In this document: positions 32,112-41,536 of the stretch, piece after piece
Layout of the letters: each line of letters begins with the position of its first letter
Numbering within the stretch: position 1 is the stretch's first letter
The notes under the pieces: model-generated
What the model was told of the DNA's origin: nothing
Databases searched by the model: none
Seen by the model: the letters and a program-made list of their open reading frames with translations, nothing else
Source of the DNA: Candidatus Gottesmanbacteria bacterium RIFCSPHIGHO2_01_FULL_40_15
GTDB taxonomy: Bacteria > Patescibacteriota > Microgenomatia > 2-02-FULL-39-11
DNA length: 49,500 nt
Reading direction: 5' to 3'
Assembly (NCBI GenBank): GCA_001779115.1
Contig: MFJF01000032.1
Coordinates: 1-49,500, forward strand
Translations under genes and position numbers: made by a program

Positions 32112-33206
32112 CTAAATTTTCTTCTTAACCTTAATCATAAGTGAATTGCTACCCATTTGTTTAAATGACTCCGGCGAATTGAGATATGTTTCCAATTGAC
32201 GAAGACGAGTCAACGCTTCTGTTGACATTTGATTACTATTTTTTTTGATGATCTTTAATAATTCTTCTTCTGAATTCTTAATTTCAGATCTAACTTCATA
32301 ATCAGGGTGAATACGGAGCGTCAAGGGAATAGTCCAAAGAAGCCATAAGACTTCTTGGTCGTTTGGTTCATTCAAATCAGGGTAATATTGTAAAACCAGC
32401 TGTTTTAAGGATTGAACTGAACTAATTTTTTGTCTTAAGCTTTCATCTATAAGCAGGCTATCTTCGGGTGAAAGTGCAAGGTTAATAATTTGAATAATAT
32501 CTTTGTGAAGACCAGAAGTTGGTTTATGGATATCTTTTTTAAATCTTTGCGGAACAAATTGTTTTTCCGTCCATAACAGATAAGGTAATGCAAGAGAGTA
32601 AGCAAAACCGGTAACCTGGCAAATTTGAAAACCTGGATCTTTTATTTTTTTGATCCATTCCTCGTTGGATAATGAAGTAATTTCAGTAGTGCTTCTTTTA
32701 TTATCAATATAAGAAAAATCCGGTCTATTTTTGACGGAAGCTAATTTATATAAAGAAGGTACTACTATGATGGCTTCACCTTCCGGTTTTATCACGCGAA
32801 ATATTTCGTTGATGCTTTTTTGAGGATCAGGAATATGGTCCAAAACATCCAAAGCCAAAATAAAATCTATAGATTCATCTTGAAGCGGTAAAGATTCACA
32901 ATTTCCAACTATTTGATTATTTGAACCGGAAATTCTAAATTCCTGTTCAATTTGAAATTCATCGAAAAACTCCTCATTTAAATCCAATCCTATATAATCT
33001 ACAGAATCGAATTTTTGTTTGATGAGATGAGGTAAGCCTGATTTATGAACTGTGCTAACATTGCAACCGATATCCAGAATGCGGCTCTTCGGTTGGAGTT
33101 CAGGCAAGTTTTGCAGTACCATTCTATATTTACTTTGAGTATACAGACTATTTATGGTCAATAAATATTTTTCCAGATAAAAGTGGTTATAAATTTCCTG
33201 TATCAT
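32112..33206 (-). CDS. Class I SAM-dependent methyltransferase with a ~170-aa C-terminal extension
   Basis: RILDIGCN (motif I), YIGLDLN, IDFILALDVLDHIPDP, IKPEGEAIIVVPS. The start codon lies 1 nt after the stop of the upstream 826-aa gene, suggesting translational coupling. Confidence 0.75.
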   Translation of the reverse strand: MIQEIYNHFYLEKYLLTINSLYTQSKYRMVLQNLPELQPKSRILDIGCNVSTVHKSGLPHLIKQKFDSVDYIGLDLNEEFFDEFQIEQEFRISGSNNQIVGNCESLPLQDESIDFILALDVLDHIPDPQKSINEIFRVIKPEGEAIIVVPSLYKLASVKNRPDFSYIDNKRSTTEITSLSNEEWIKKIKDPGFQICQVTGFAYSLALPYLLWTEKQFVPQRFKKDIHKPTSGLHKDIIQIINLALSPEDSLLIDESLRQKISSVQSLKQLVLQYYPDLNEPNDQEVLWLLWTIPLTLRIHPDYEVRSEIKNSEEELLKIIKKNSNQMSTEALTRLRQLETYLNSPESFKQMGSNSLMIKVKKKI

Positions 33207-33207
33207 G

Positions 33208-35688
33208 TTAAGAAAGGGTTTTTTTCCTTTTAATCAATTCCTGTAAAAGATTTTTATATCCAGGCCAAGGCATAGTATCAGCAAGTTTTGCAAGATCTTC
33301 CCAATGCAGTGATTTAACTTCACTCCTCTCAGGTAATTGAAAATTATCGATATTCAAAGATGAACCGTCAATTTGATAACCGTAAAATGTGACCGTATTG
33401 GCAAGTGATTCAGAAGCATTTGGATCAAGGGGAACATTAACGATGATGGGAAATTTATGTTCCATACTGTTTATCAGTTTCAGTGCATTATCAGCCCCAA
33501 GTTCCTCTATCCATTCTCTTCTTAGAGTTTCCAAAGTACTTTCATCACCGAGTTGACCATTAAACATTCCACCGGAAAGTTTTTCTGAGAATTTTTCTTC
33601 ATTTTGAACGAGGATTTGCCAACGACCGTCAAACATTCTGGTAATCAAACCAATGGCTCCCAGATGAAGTCTGGTGTGCTCATGGAGCTGGTGCGGAAAA
33701 TATAAATATTCATCTTCCCTAATTTCCCTTCCATAATAATCAGTTATTTCAGCAGCCGGACTGTCAGGTTTAAGTCCAAGAAATGCGATTGTTGTGTCTG
33801 TTAGTCTATTTTCCTCAAGAATTTCCCTGAGCCGTTTTACTTTTTTACCTTCAATTCCGATGTCATCTAAGATAAGTAGCCTATTATTCTTCAAAATATC
33901 TCGATAATTTGCGATAAATTGAGGAATATTTTCTATCTGACCGTGGAAATTAATGTGATGTGATCCCTTGATGCCGAAGATATCTTTCAATAATGTACCG
34001 GCAGAAAAACAATTCGGACCGACTGAAATAATTGCCTGTGGGAAATTGTTACTCTGAATCGCTGCATGTGAAGTGGAATCCGTAACCGGAGGCTGAATTT
34101 GCTCTGCAATTCTTATAGTAGCAGCTTCAATTTCTTCTTCCGATATATCGATTGGTTTTTTTGTCTGCCATTCATTAGGGACGAAAGCTTTTTGTCTATT
34201 TCCGACTCTGATTCCGGAAATTAAAGCGTTTTCGTACTTTAGTGCATCGATTCCATAGATATCCTTTGGATAAAGATATTCGAATACGCTGGCGTCCCAT
34301 TTACCTTCCGGGGCAAAAATTTGACGTTTTATCAAATATTCACCAATGCAAACGTTATCCCTCAAGGCGTAATTGACAAATGCTTCCAAGGTATAGCAGG
34401 ATAACTCAAATACTTCATTAGGTTTGTCTTCAAAATTAAGCTTCAATCTCATAACCTGATATTTGTTAGATGATCCGGCATACTTTTGAGGATGCCCGTC
34501 TTTAAGTGCTTGGTATCTACCACCGTCCAAAGTATTTTCCTCCCGTTCAACTTTTATAGGTTTACCAGCCCGATGGCTTGCTAATTCTATTGCTGTTTGG
34601 AATTTATCAATATCACCTCTATTGATAAAGGTTGTAGCCAGGCGATAAACATCTCGTATTTCTGCAGGATCAATGGCGTTTCTTCTTATCATTTTCAACG
34701 CAATTTGAATAATACCCTTCGGTTCATCGTTTAACTGAATATTGAATGTATTTTGAGGGTTATCAGGGTCAATTGTAGGTCTAACTTTTATTTTGTTGTA
34801 TAAAATATATGGATTGGGTTTATAGGAGTCTTCTTTATCCAATATATGAATTCCTTCTACTGCGAAGTTATGCGGGTTATGGAGAGTTATAAATTCTACA
34901 GGTTTATCAATTGGGCCATGCTGTTCCGGAGAAAAAACGCCGTGATGATTAAGTACGTCAAAGAGATCATCTTTTAATCCTTCATATTTTTTACGATATA
35001 AGATGATTTCAGCCATTAGGTCGGACAATCCCAATATTCTTCTGGCTTCAAATCTTGCTTGATTTCCCCATTTATGGGATTTTGACAGGAGAAATAAATC
35101 GATCGGATTTTGTAAATCTTTGGGTTCATTTACGCTTCCAGGTAAGATGTGGGTTAAACCGCGCAGGAGTCCTGTTTGAGGATTTTGCATATAATCGGGT
35201 ACTTCTTTGGCATAATTTATTGAATCTGCTATAAGCTGGTCAACTTCACTTACTGTCAAGGTGACGGTTTCATTATAGCGGGTATTATTAATTGTAATTC
35301 CATAATCAATTCCTGACGGGATAAGATCAGATACCTGGATTCTATGTCTTTGGGCAAATGCTTCCCGATAACGATTATACATTTGTTTTTTGCTTTCACG
35401 TTCATCTTCTTCAGTAACACCTTGAAGCCTGGCCTCCTCTCCATATAACGATTTGATTTCTTTGAGGCGTCTGACTCCACAGATTTTTTCAAAGGCTTTT
35501 GCCAATTGGCGGAATTGTTTTTTAACCGATTGATTTGAGTCATTTTCGTACCAACTCAAATCTTCGGCATTTTCAGGATATAACCTGCCAGGCTGATCGG
35601 GATTATTTGAATCCCAGGCCGGTCCGGCAAAATGGAGGAATCTTGTTCTTCTTAAATCTTGTTGCGTTGAAGATTCTGTTTTAGTCAT
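33208..35688 (-). CDS. 826-aa fusion protein: ~540-aa N-terminal region of unknown function, type-I phosphoribosyltransferase-like domain, Nudix hydrolase domain
   Basis: PRPP-loop-like NNRLLILDDIGIEGKKVKRL (aa 601-620, nt ~33829-33888). Nudix box GQLGDESTLETLRREWIEELGA (aa 711-732; REWIEELG compared with MutT RELQEEVG). N-terminal aa ~325-455 weakly resemble a RelA/SpoT-type nucleotidyltransferase pattern (IRDVYRLATTFI ... FELSCYTLEAFVNYA); I have low confidence in that part. Confidence 0.7.
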   Translation of the reverse strand: MTKTESSTQQDLRRTRFLHFAGPAWDSNNPDQPGRLYPENAEDLSWYENDSNQSVKKQFRQLAKAFEKICGVRRLKEIKSLYGEEARLQGVTEEDERESKKQMYNRYREAFAQRHRIQVSDLIPSGIDYGITINNTRYNETVTLTVSEVDQLIADSINYAKEVPDYMQNPQTGLLRGLTHILPGSVNEPKDLQNPIDLFLLSKSHKWGNQARFEARRILGLSDLMAEIILYRKKYEGLKDDLFDVLNHHGVFSPEQHGPIDKPVEFITLHNPHNFAVEGIHILDKEDSYKPNPYILYNKIKVRPTIDPDNPQNTFNIQLNDEPKGIIQIALKMIRRNAIDPAEIRDVYRLATTFINRGDIDKFQTAIELASHRAGKPIKVEREENTLDGGRYQALKDGHPQKYAGSSNKYQVMRLKLNFEDKPNEVFELSCYTLEAFVNYALRDNVCIGEYLIKRQIFAPEGKWDASVFEYLYPKDIYGIDALKYENALISGIRVGNRQKAFVPNEWQTKKPIDISEEEIEAATIRIAEQIQPPVTDSTSHAAIQSNNFPQAIISVGPNCFSAGTLLKDIFGIKGSHHINFHGQIENIPQFIANYRDILKNNRLLILDDIGIEGKKVKRLREILEENRLTDTTIAFLGLKPDSPAAEITDYYGREIREDEYLYFPHQLHEHTRLHLGAIGLITRMFDGRWQILVQNEEKFSEKLSGGMFNGQLGDESTLETLRREWIEELGADNALKLINSMEHKFPIIVNVPLDPNASESLANTVTFYGYQIDGSSLNIDNFQLPERSEVKSLHWEDLAKLADTMPWPGYKNLLQELIKRKKTLS

Positions 35689-35883
35689 ATGATTTTATAT
35701 AGGCCTATAATAACAAATTACGGGTAAATTAACAAATTTTCAATATCCTTTTTGTACTCATTGGAAAATCTAATGCAATAACCTATAATTTCAACTCCGG
35801 TTTTATTAGTTTATAATTCTTATTTCTTTCTTTTGTATTTTTAATAACTATTTGGAATAATGCTCGCGTAATGTAATGCCAAT

Positions 35884-38265
35884 TTGACTTTTAGAATCAA
35901 AATTGATCTTGATTGTTTAATGGTTAAAATTGAAAATATCACTAATATTTATAGAATACCGGAGCAGAATCGCAGTGCCAGAATTTTTCATGCTCTTCAG
36001 AGTACTTCTAAAAACAGAGTGCATCAGCATACAAAGCCCAGATTTGAAGTGATATTTCCTCCCAATATTATTCCTGAAGATTATATATCCCAAAGAGTTG
36101 GAAATTATAATCCAATGGAATTGAAGTTTGCCTCCGATCCCGTTAAGGATTTGGAAGTTAAAGTATTAATATCCCAGTTATATGACGAATGCGGGAAATA
36201 TATGGAATATAGTGAACTGGCAAAGATTGACACCGCTATATCGTTAATGCATTACGGACATCAGAATCAGACAAGATTTGAAGGTTCTCCCTATGTTGAT
36301 CATCTATTAAAGGTGGCTTTACCATTAGCGAAAAAATATCAGATGGATTGGGAGACAATATCGTCAGCACTTACCCATGATCTTCTGGAAGATTCAGACA
36401 AGAACGGCTATCCGGTAACTAAACTAGATTTAGAAAAACTGTTATCTCCGGTAGTAGCTGATACTGTTGAAAATTTATCAAAAGTCAGATTCGGTCAGGA
36501 AATGCGGGAAGAATATATTGACAGAGTTACCAGGGCAGAACTTTTCAAATCACTGCGGGATAATCCCAGAGCAGCAGTTATTAAAATATACGACAGACTT
36601 CATAATCTTGAGACGATTGAGTTCGTTTCTGAATACAAGAACAGAGAACTAAAAGCTATCGAAACATTACGGTATTACGTTCCGCTGGCTAATTTCTTAG
36701 GTCTTTATGCTGAAGCTCAAGAATTAGCCAGTTTAGCTTTGAAAGTATTGAATCCTGATTTAACGGAAAAAATAGAAGCAATCCGTGAGCAATATAACCA
36801 GTTGATTGAGGAGAAAGATCCGGAAACAAATAAGAATTATCTGGATGAAGTTACGGAAAAAATTGCACGGATTTTGGGGAGACATCCGAAATATATACAT
36901 ATTTATGTTTCAGATATTTATTCCATTTATAAAAATTTGGAAACGGGAAGCAATCCTTCTATTAAACACTGTTTTTTAAGAGTAGATTTGGAAACCCGTT
37001 CCAAGGATAATTGGCTGGATTATGCCTGGTTGTCAAGATTGCACTTATTGACCGATGAAGCTAAAGATTTTTATGCTGAGGAGACATTGTATCCTGAAGC
37101 GATAAGGGAGAAAATATCGGCCAACCGGTTAAATTCACTTGAATTTTTTATGAATTCCGGTTTCGGTCTCAAATCGCAAATTAAATTCAATTATTACCCA
37201 AGTGGCGGTAGTAAAATTTCCCAAATTCCGATAACCGATCTTTATTACCGCAAAACTGCTGAATCGGGCGGATTAATTTCAGATCCTGATATCTTAAGGA
37301 GGCATGATAATGGCCATTCCAAATGGGAACAGATCAGGTTAAATATCGGAAGCGGGATTGAAGAAATGGAAGCGAGCGAAATTAGCCAAAGATTTGACCG
37401 GCTTGATCCTTTTAAAAGGGAAGTGATTGATGATAAATTCAGAACGTGGTATGTAGATGCAGGATCAACTGTATTGGATTTTGCGGTTTATATAGCTTGG
37501 GATCCTCAATCGGGTTCAACAAGGGAATTACGGAATCTAGGTCCGTTTATAGTCAATGGGGAGAAGGTCAATCCTGATTATGAACTTCAGCCAAGAGATG
37601 AAGTGAATATTGGTATTTCGAAAAAAAGAACTATCCATCCAAATTGGATTAAAGCCTTACGTACATCTCCGGATGAAGTTAAACAGGCTATAAGAGGTTA
37701 TTACAGAATCAGACTGACGAGGCAGTTTAGTGAAGAAGCAAAAGAAGTCTTATTAAAAGAAGCAGTCAGAGAGTTGGAAAGGAATATGAACCAGAAACTG
37801 GTAGTTTCAATAAACCGTTCTTCTTTGGTTGCACAGCTAAACAGAGGGGAAGAATTACTGACAGAAATCGCATTGGACGAAGTTGATGAAAATGTAATTA
37901 AACAAATTGCCCGGGAATTGGCCGAATATCAAAATGAAAATGTGTTTATAGCCAATTTTTCATTTTTCCGGGATTCTAAAGGACTTGATGCGAAAGTTTC
38001 AGGAATGATCAGCGGAGAAGGTATAAATATAAAAAGACAGGCGGGAATAGGACCGATAACGGAAGGCGGTCCGGCCAGATTAATATATGTAATTGATCTT
38101 ACTGACAGTCTTCATCAAAAGCATGGAAAAGAAGAGATTATTAAAGCAATTAACAAGATAAAAAATAAATTAGTAAAGAATGAAAAAATTCAGTTTAGTC
38201 ATGTGTCAGTACAATCAATGTCGGAATTGGGATCGGGTAGTTTGGATTTAATGGATTTGCCATGA
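35884..38265 (+). CDS. Long RelA/SpoT homologue (RSH): HD hydrolase domain, degenerate synthetase-like region, TGS, ACT-like C-terminus
   Basis: HD motifs HYGHQNQTRFEGSPYVDHLLKVA, LTHDLLEDS and IKIYDRLHNLETI. TGS-like WYVDAGSTVLDFAVYIA...FIVNGEKVNPDYELQPRDEVNI. The track start is TTG; ATG 35920 is possible. Confidence 0.8.
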   Translation: MTFRIKIDLDCLMVKIENITNIYRIPEQNRSARIFHALQSTSKNRVHQHTKPRFEVIFPPNIIPEDYISQRVGNYNPMELKFASDPVKDLEVKVLISQLYDECGKYMEYSELAKIDTAISLMHYGHQNQTRFEGSPYVDHLLKVALPLAKKYQMDWETISSALTHDLLEDSDKNGYPVTKLDLEKLLSPVVADTVENLSKVRFGQEMREEYIDRVTRAELFKSLRDNPRAAVIKIYDRLHNLETIEFVSEYKNRELKAIETLRYYVPLANFLGLYAEAQELASLALKVLNPDLTEKIEAIREQYNQLIEEKDPETNKNYLDEVTEKIARILGRHPKYIHIYVSDIYSIYKNLETGSNPSIKHCFLRVDLETRSKDNWLDYAWLSRLHLLTDEAKDFYAEETLYPEAIREKISANRLNSLEFFMNSGFGLKSQIKFNYYPSGGSKISQIPITDLYYRKTAESGGLISDPDILRRHDNGHSKWEQIRLNIGSGIEEMEASEISQRFDRLDPFKREVIDDKFRTWYVDAGSTVLDFAVYIAWDPQSGSTRELRNLGPFIVNGEKVNPDYELQPRDEVNIGISKKRTIHPNWIKALRTSPDEVKQAIRGYYRIRLTRQFSEEAKEVLLKEAVRELERNMNQKLVVSINRSSLVAQLNRGEELLTEIALDEVDENVIKQIARELAEYQNENVFIANFSFFRDSKGLDAKVSGMISGEGINIKRQAGIGPITEGGPARLIYVIDLTDSLHQKHGKEEIIKAINKIKNKLVKNEKIQFSHVSVQSMSELGSGSLDLMDLP

Positions 38266-38416
38266 TTATTGACTTAGTTAGGGCTCTCTGATAACATAAT
38301 CAAAATATGAATACAGTTTGTTACAGTCGTTTTTACCTTATCTTAAACCTTCGGATTGAGGTCCTAAGATAAGTTGGAGGTTGAAGGCGCAGTCATTTTA
38401 AATATTAAGCAGAATG

Positions 38417-38443
38417 CCTCCCGAAAAAAAGGGAGGTTTTTTT
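38417..38443 (+). terminator. Rho-independent terminator (CCTCCC-gaaaaaaa-GGGAGG-TTTTTTT)
   Basis: Perfect 6-bp GC-rich stem, 8-nt loop and a T7 run. Lies 152 nt after the RSH stop and 17 nt before the next ATG. Confidence 0.75.
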
Positions 38444-38459
38444 ATAAATAAAATCTAAT

Positions 38460-38834
38460 ATGGCCGGAAGAAATTGTTTGGAAACATCCCAAAAGCCTAA
38501 AACTGACAGAAATCAGGCAAACAGAAATATCTTAACAGGAAGAGTAAGTGGAAAGTTCTATCAGGATGGTCAACCGAGAGGCGGGCAGAAAAATACAAAA
38601 GTCGTTTATATCGCAAGGCAGACGCCTCAGGATTTAACTCTTGAAGAAGTTTTTCAGAGTTTGGGCATAGCTGATTCTCAGTCTCAAGTTCAAAATGTTA
38701 GTGAAGACAGTCAACAGATAGTTTATGAAAAAAAAACCATATTTTTGGATCCTTTAGGAAGACAACAGGGAGTAGTAATAGAACCTATAACCCAAAAGCA
38801 ATATGAAGAATTTCACGGAGATATAGTCCGATAA
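38460..38834 (+). CDS. Hypothetical protein (124 aa, basic/Gln-rich N-terminal half)
   Basis: Only an open frame; no recognisable motif. Preceded by a structured leader and a terminator. Confidence 0.4.
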   Translation: MAGRNCLETSQKPKTDRNQANRNILTGRVSGKFYQDGQPRGGQKNTKVVYIARQTPQDLTLEEVFQSLGIADSQSQVQNVSEDSQQIVYEKKTIFLDPLGRQQGVVIEPITQKQYEEFHGDIVR

Positions 38835-38857
38835 GCTGAAGTTTAATTTCAGGTAAA

Positions 38858-41524
38858 TCAGGGTAAGATTTTGAACCGCAATTGTTTTTTAATCTCGACA
38901 GCAACCAGCGGTATGAGGGAAAAAACGGCAATATAAAGCCATTCCATAGCCATTAGTTTTTCTGTTTTGAAGATGATGTTTCCCAGATCCGTTTGGACAA
39001 CCAGAAGTTGGAGAAGAACAGAGATTATGGCTCCCCAGACCAGATAAATATTGGTAAATATGCCTATTTTGAAGAGAGATTTTCTGGTTGAACGGTTATT
39101 GAAGGCGTGGACTAATTGGGCAAAAGCCAGGGTAGTAAAGGCCATGGTTTGGGCTTCCTTGTAATCAAAACGGTGAAGAGCAAAAATAAACAAGAAAAAA
39201 GTGGCCGTGCCGATAATTGAGCCTTCAACAAGCATATAACCCCATCTTTTTTTATGTAAAAGTCCCTGGGAAAGGTCCCTGGGAGGTTTTTTCATAACGT
39301 CTTTTTCAGCAGGATCCATGCCTAAGGCTAAAGCGGGAAAGCCGTCCGTTACCAGATTAATCCAGAGGATCTGTATGGGAAGGAGGGGCAGCGGGGTGGA
39401 CATAAGTACTCCGACAGTGACAACGATCACTTCGGAGATATTACAGGAAATAAGATACCGGATGAATTTAACCAGGTTGGAGAAAATAGTTCTGCCTTCC
39501 CTGACGGCATCTATTATCGTGGCGTAGTTATCATCGGTTATCACCATATCAGCTACTTCTCTGGTTAAATCCGTGCCTGTTTTGCCCATAGCGATACCGA
39601 TATGGGCAGCTTTCAGAGCGGGAGCATCATTGACACCGTCTCCGGTAACGGCGACCTGAGTATTGGGGATTTTTTTAATGGCATTTATAATTTTAAGTTT
39701 ACCAAGCGGAGAGATCCGGGCAAAAACATTGACACCATTTTGAATTTGACGCGTTAAGGCAGGAAGAGTAAGTTTTTCCACTTCTTTTTCGGATAAAACC
39801 TTATCGAACTCATCAATAATTCCGGCTTCATAGGCTATTGTCAGGGCTGTTTCACGGTGATCACCGGTAATCATTATGGTTCTGATTCCGGCAATTTTAG
39901 CTTCAAGTATTGCTTTTTTAACTTCCGGACGGAGAGGATCCTGCATAGCGGTTATTCCCAGAAAAGAAAGTTCCGATTCGGCAACTTTATCTTCCATAAC
40001 TGCCAGATCTGCTTCTACTTTACTTATCTTTTTTTCTGCAATCAGAAGGCTTCTCAAGCCTTTTCTGGCCATGCTGTCATTGATTTTCAGAAGCTCATTT
40101 TTTTCAATTGTTGAGAGGTTGCATTTCAGAATCATGATTTCGGGTGCGCCTTTGGCATATAATGTATAGTCATTTCCCGATCTGACTATAACACTCATCA
40201 TTTTCTTCTCCGAAGTAAAGGGACTTTCAAAAATACGTTTATGCCGGGATTTTATTTTTTTAACTTCCAAGCCGGCACGGTAAGCGGCAACCAGGAGAGC
40301 AGCTTCGGTTGTGTCACCTATTATTCTGGGTTGGTTTTTTGAGTTTGAATCTATTGAGGCATTATTAGCTAAAACTGCGCCAGTCAACAGATCTATTAGA
40401 GTTTTATTTTTTTTGGTGTTGCTTTTTTTCCCCTGTTGATCAATAAAATTACCCGTTAATTGATATCCGACCCCTTTAACCGATAAAAACTCATTATTAG
40501 GGAGATGTATATTTACGACATTTATTTTATTTTGAGTTAAAGTTCCGGTTTTATCCGTGGCTATTATTCTTACCGCTCCGAGAGTTTCAACTGCAGGCAA
40601 TTTTTTAATGATGGATTTTTTATCAGCCAAACGTTTCACTCCCAATGAAAGAACTATGGTAACAATGGCCGGCAGACCTTCCGGAATGGCAGCTACAGCC
40701 AGAGAGATGGAAACAAGCAGGCTTTCTACAAAAGGAATTTCTTCAAGGATGTTAAGGGCAAAGACAATTGCGGCAATTATTCCGATTATAATTGTTAATG
40801 TTCTTGCGACTGTTTCCAATTCAATTGTAAGGGGAGTTTTTTCAGTTACTGTTTCATGAAGAGAAGTAGCAATTTTTCCAATTTCGGTATCAGAGCCGGT
40901 TGCAACAATGACGGCTTTTCCCCGGCCACTTACCACTTTAGTATCCTTAAATACCATATTATAGCGGTCTGCCAGAGAAACATCATTTTTTAACTCTTGG
41001 GTATTTTTTTGGACAGACAGGGATTCACCGGTTAATATGCTTTCATCAACGGACAGGGAGAATTCCTCAATTAACCTCCCGTCAGAAGGTATTTTTTCAC
41101 CTTCTTCAAGAATCAGTATGTCACCGATTACTATTTCAACGGAGGGAACTTTACGGATTTTTCCATCCCTTAAAACAAGGCTATATTGAATTGCCTTTTC
41201 TTTGAGTGATTCCAGGGTTTTTTCCGCCTTGACTTCCTGAATAAATCCAATTGTGGCATTCAGGATGACAATGGTAAAAATTGCCAAAGCATCAATCAAA
41301 TCTCCTAAAATCAGGGAAATCAGGGAAGCAATTAAAAGAATGGCGACCAGAAGATTCTTAAACTGTTCGATAAAATGGATAATTACAGGCGGTTTGGGTT
41401 TCTCCGGCAGCTTATTTTTTCCATACTTTAGAAGTCTTATCCCGACTTCTTTTTGGGAAAGTCCAATATCGGAATCGGTTTTAAATTCAAGAATTACCTC
41501 CCGGGCAGTTTTTTTATGGAACAT
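38858..41524 (-). CDS. Cation-transporting P-type ATPase (type II, Ca2+-ATPase-like)
   Basis: DKTGTLT phosphorylation motif; TGES; MITGDHRETA; VAVTGDGVNDAPALKAAHIGIAMG; N-terminal Cation_ATPase_N-like LSQKEVGIRLLKYGKNKL; about 10 TM segments. Confidence 0.9.
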   Translation of the reverse strand: MFHKKTAREVILEFKTDSDIGLSQKEVGIRLLKYGKNKLPEKPKPPVIIHFIEQFKNLLVAILLIASLISLILGDLIDALAIFTIVILNATIGFIQEVKAEKTLESLKEKAIQYSLVLRDGKIRKVPSVEIVIGDILILEEGEKIPSDGRLIEEFSLSVDESILTGESLSVQKNTQELKNDVSLADRYNMVFKDTKVVSGRGKAVIVATGSDTEIGKIATSLHETVTEKTPLTIELETVARTLTIIIGIIAAIVFALNILEEIPFVESLLVSISLAVAAIPEGLPAIVTIVLSLGVKRLADKKSIIKKLPAVETLGAVRIIATDKTGTLTQNKINVVNIHLPNNEFLSVKGVGYQLTGNFIDQQGKKSNTKKNKTLIDLLTGAVLANNASIDSNSKNQPRIIGDTTEAALLVAAYRAGLEVKKIKSRHKRIFESPFTSEKKMMSVIVRSGNDYTLYAKGAPEIMILKCNLSTIEKNELLKINDSMARKGLRSLLIAEKKISKVEADLAVMEDKVAESELSFLGITAMQDPLRPEVKKAILEAKIAGIRTIMITGDHRETALTIAYEAGIIDEFDKVLSEKEVEKLTLPALTRQIQNGVNVFARISPLGKLKIINAIKKIPNTQVAVTGDGVNDAPALKAAHIGIAMGKTGTDLTREVADMVITDDNYATIIDAVREGRTIFSNLVKFIRYLISCNISEVIVVTVGVLMSTPLPLLPIQILWINLVTDGFPALALGMDPAEKDVMKKPPRDLSQGLLHKKRWGYMLVEGSIIGTATFFLFIFALHRFDYKEAQTMAFTTLAFAQLVHAFNNRSTRKSLFKIGIFTNIYLVWGAIISVLLQLLVVQTDLGNIIFKTEKLMAMEWLYIAVFSLIPLVAVEIKKQLRFKILP

Positions 41525-41536
41525 AAATAATAATAT

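Noticed and set aside
35256-35543. Minus-strand 95-aa ORF in a second frame of the 826-aa gene.
   Set aside because: It is nested out of frame within a much longer supported ORF.
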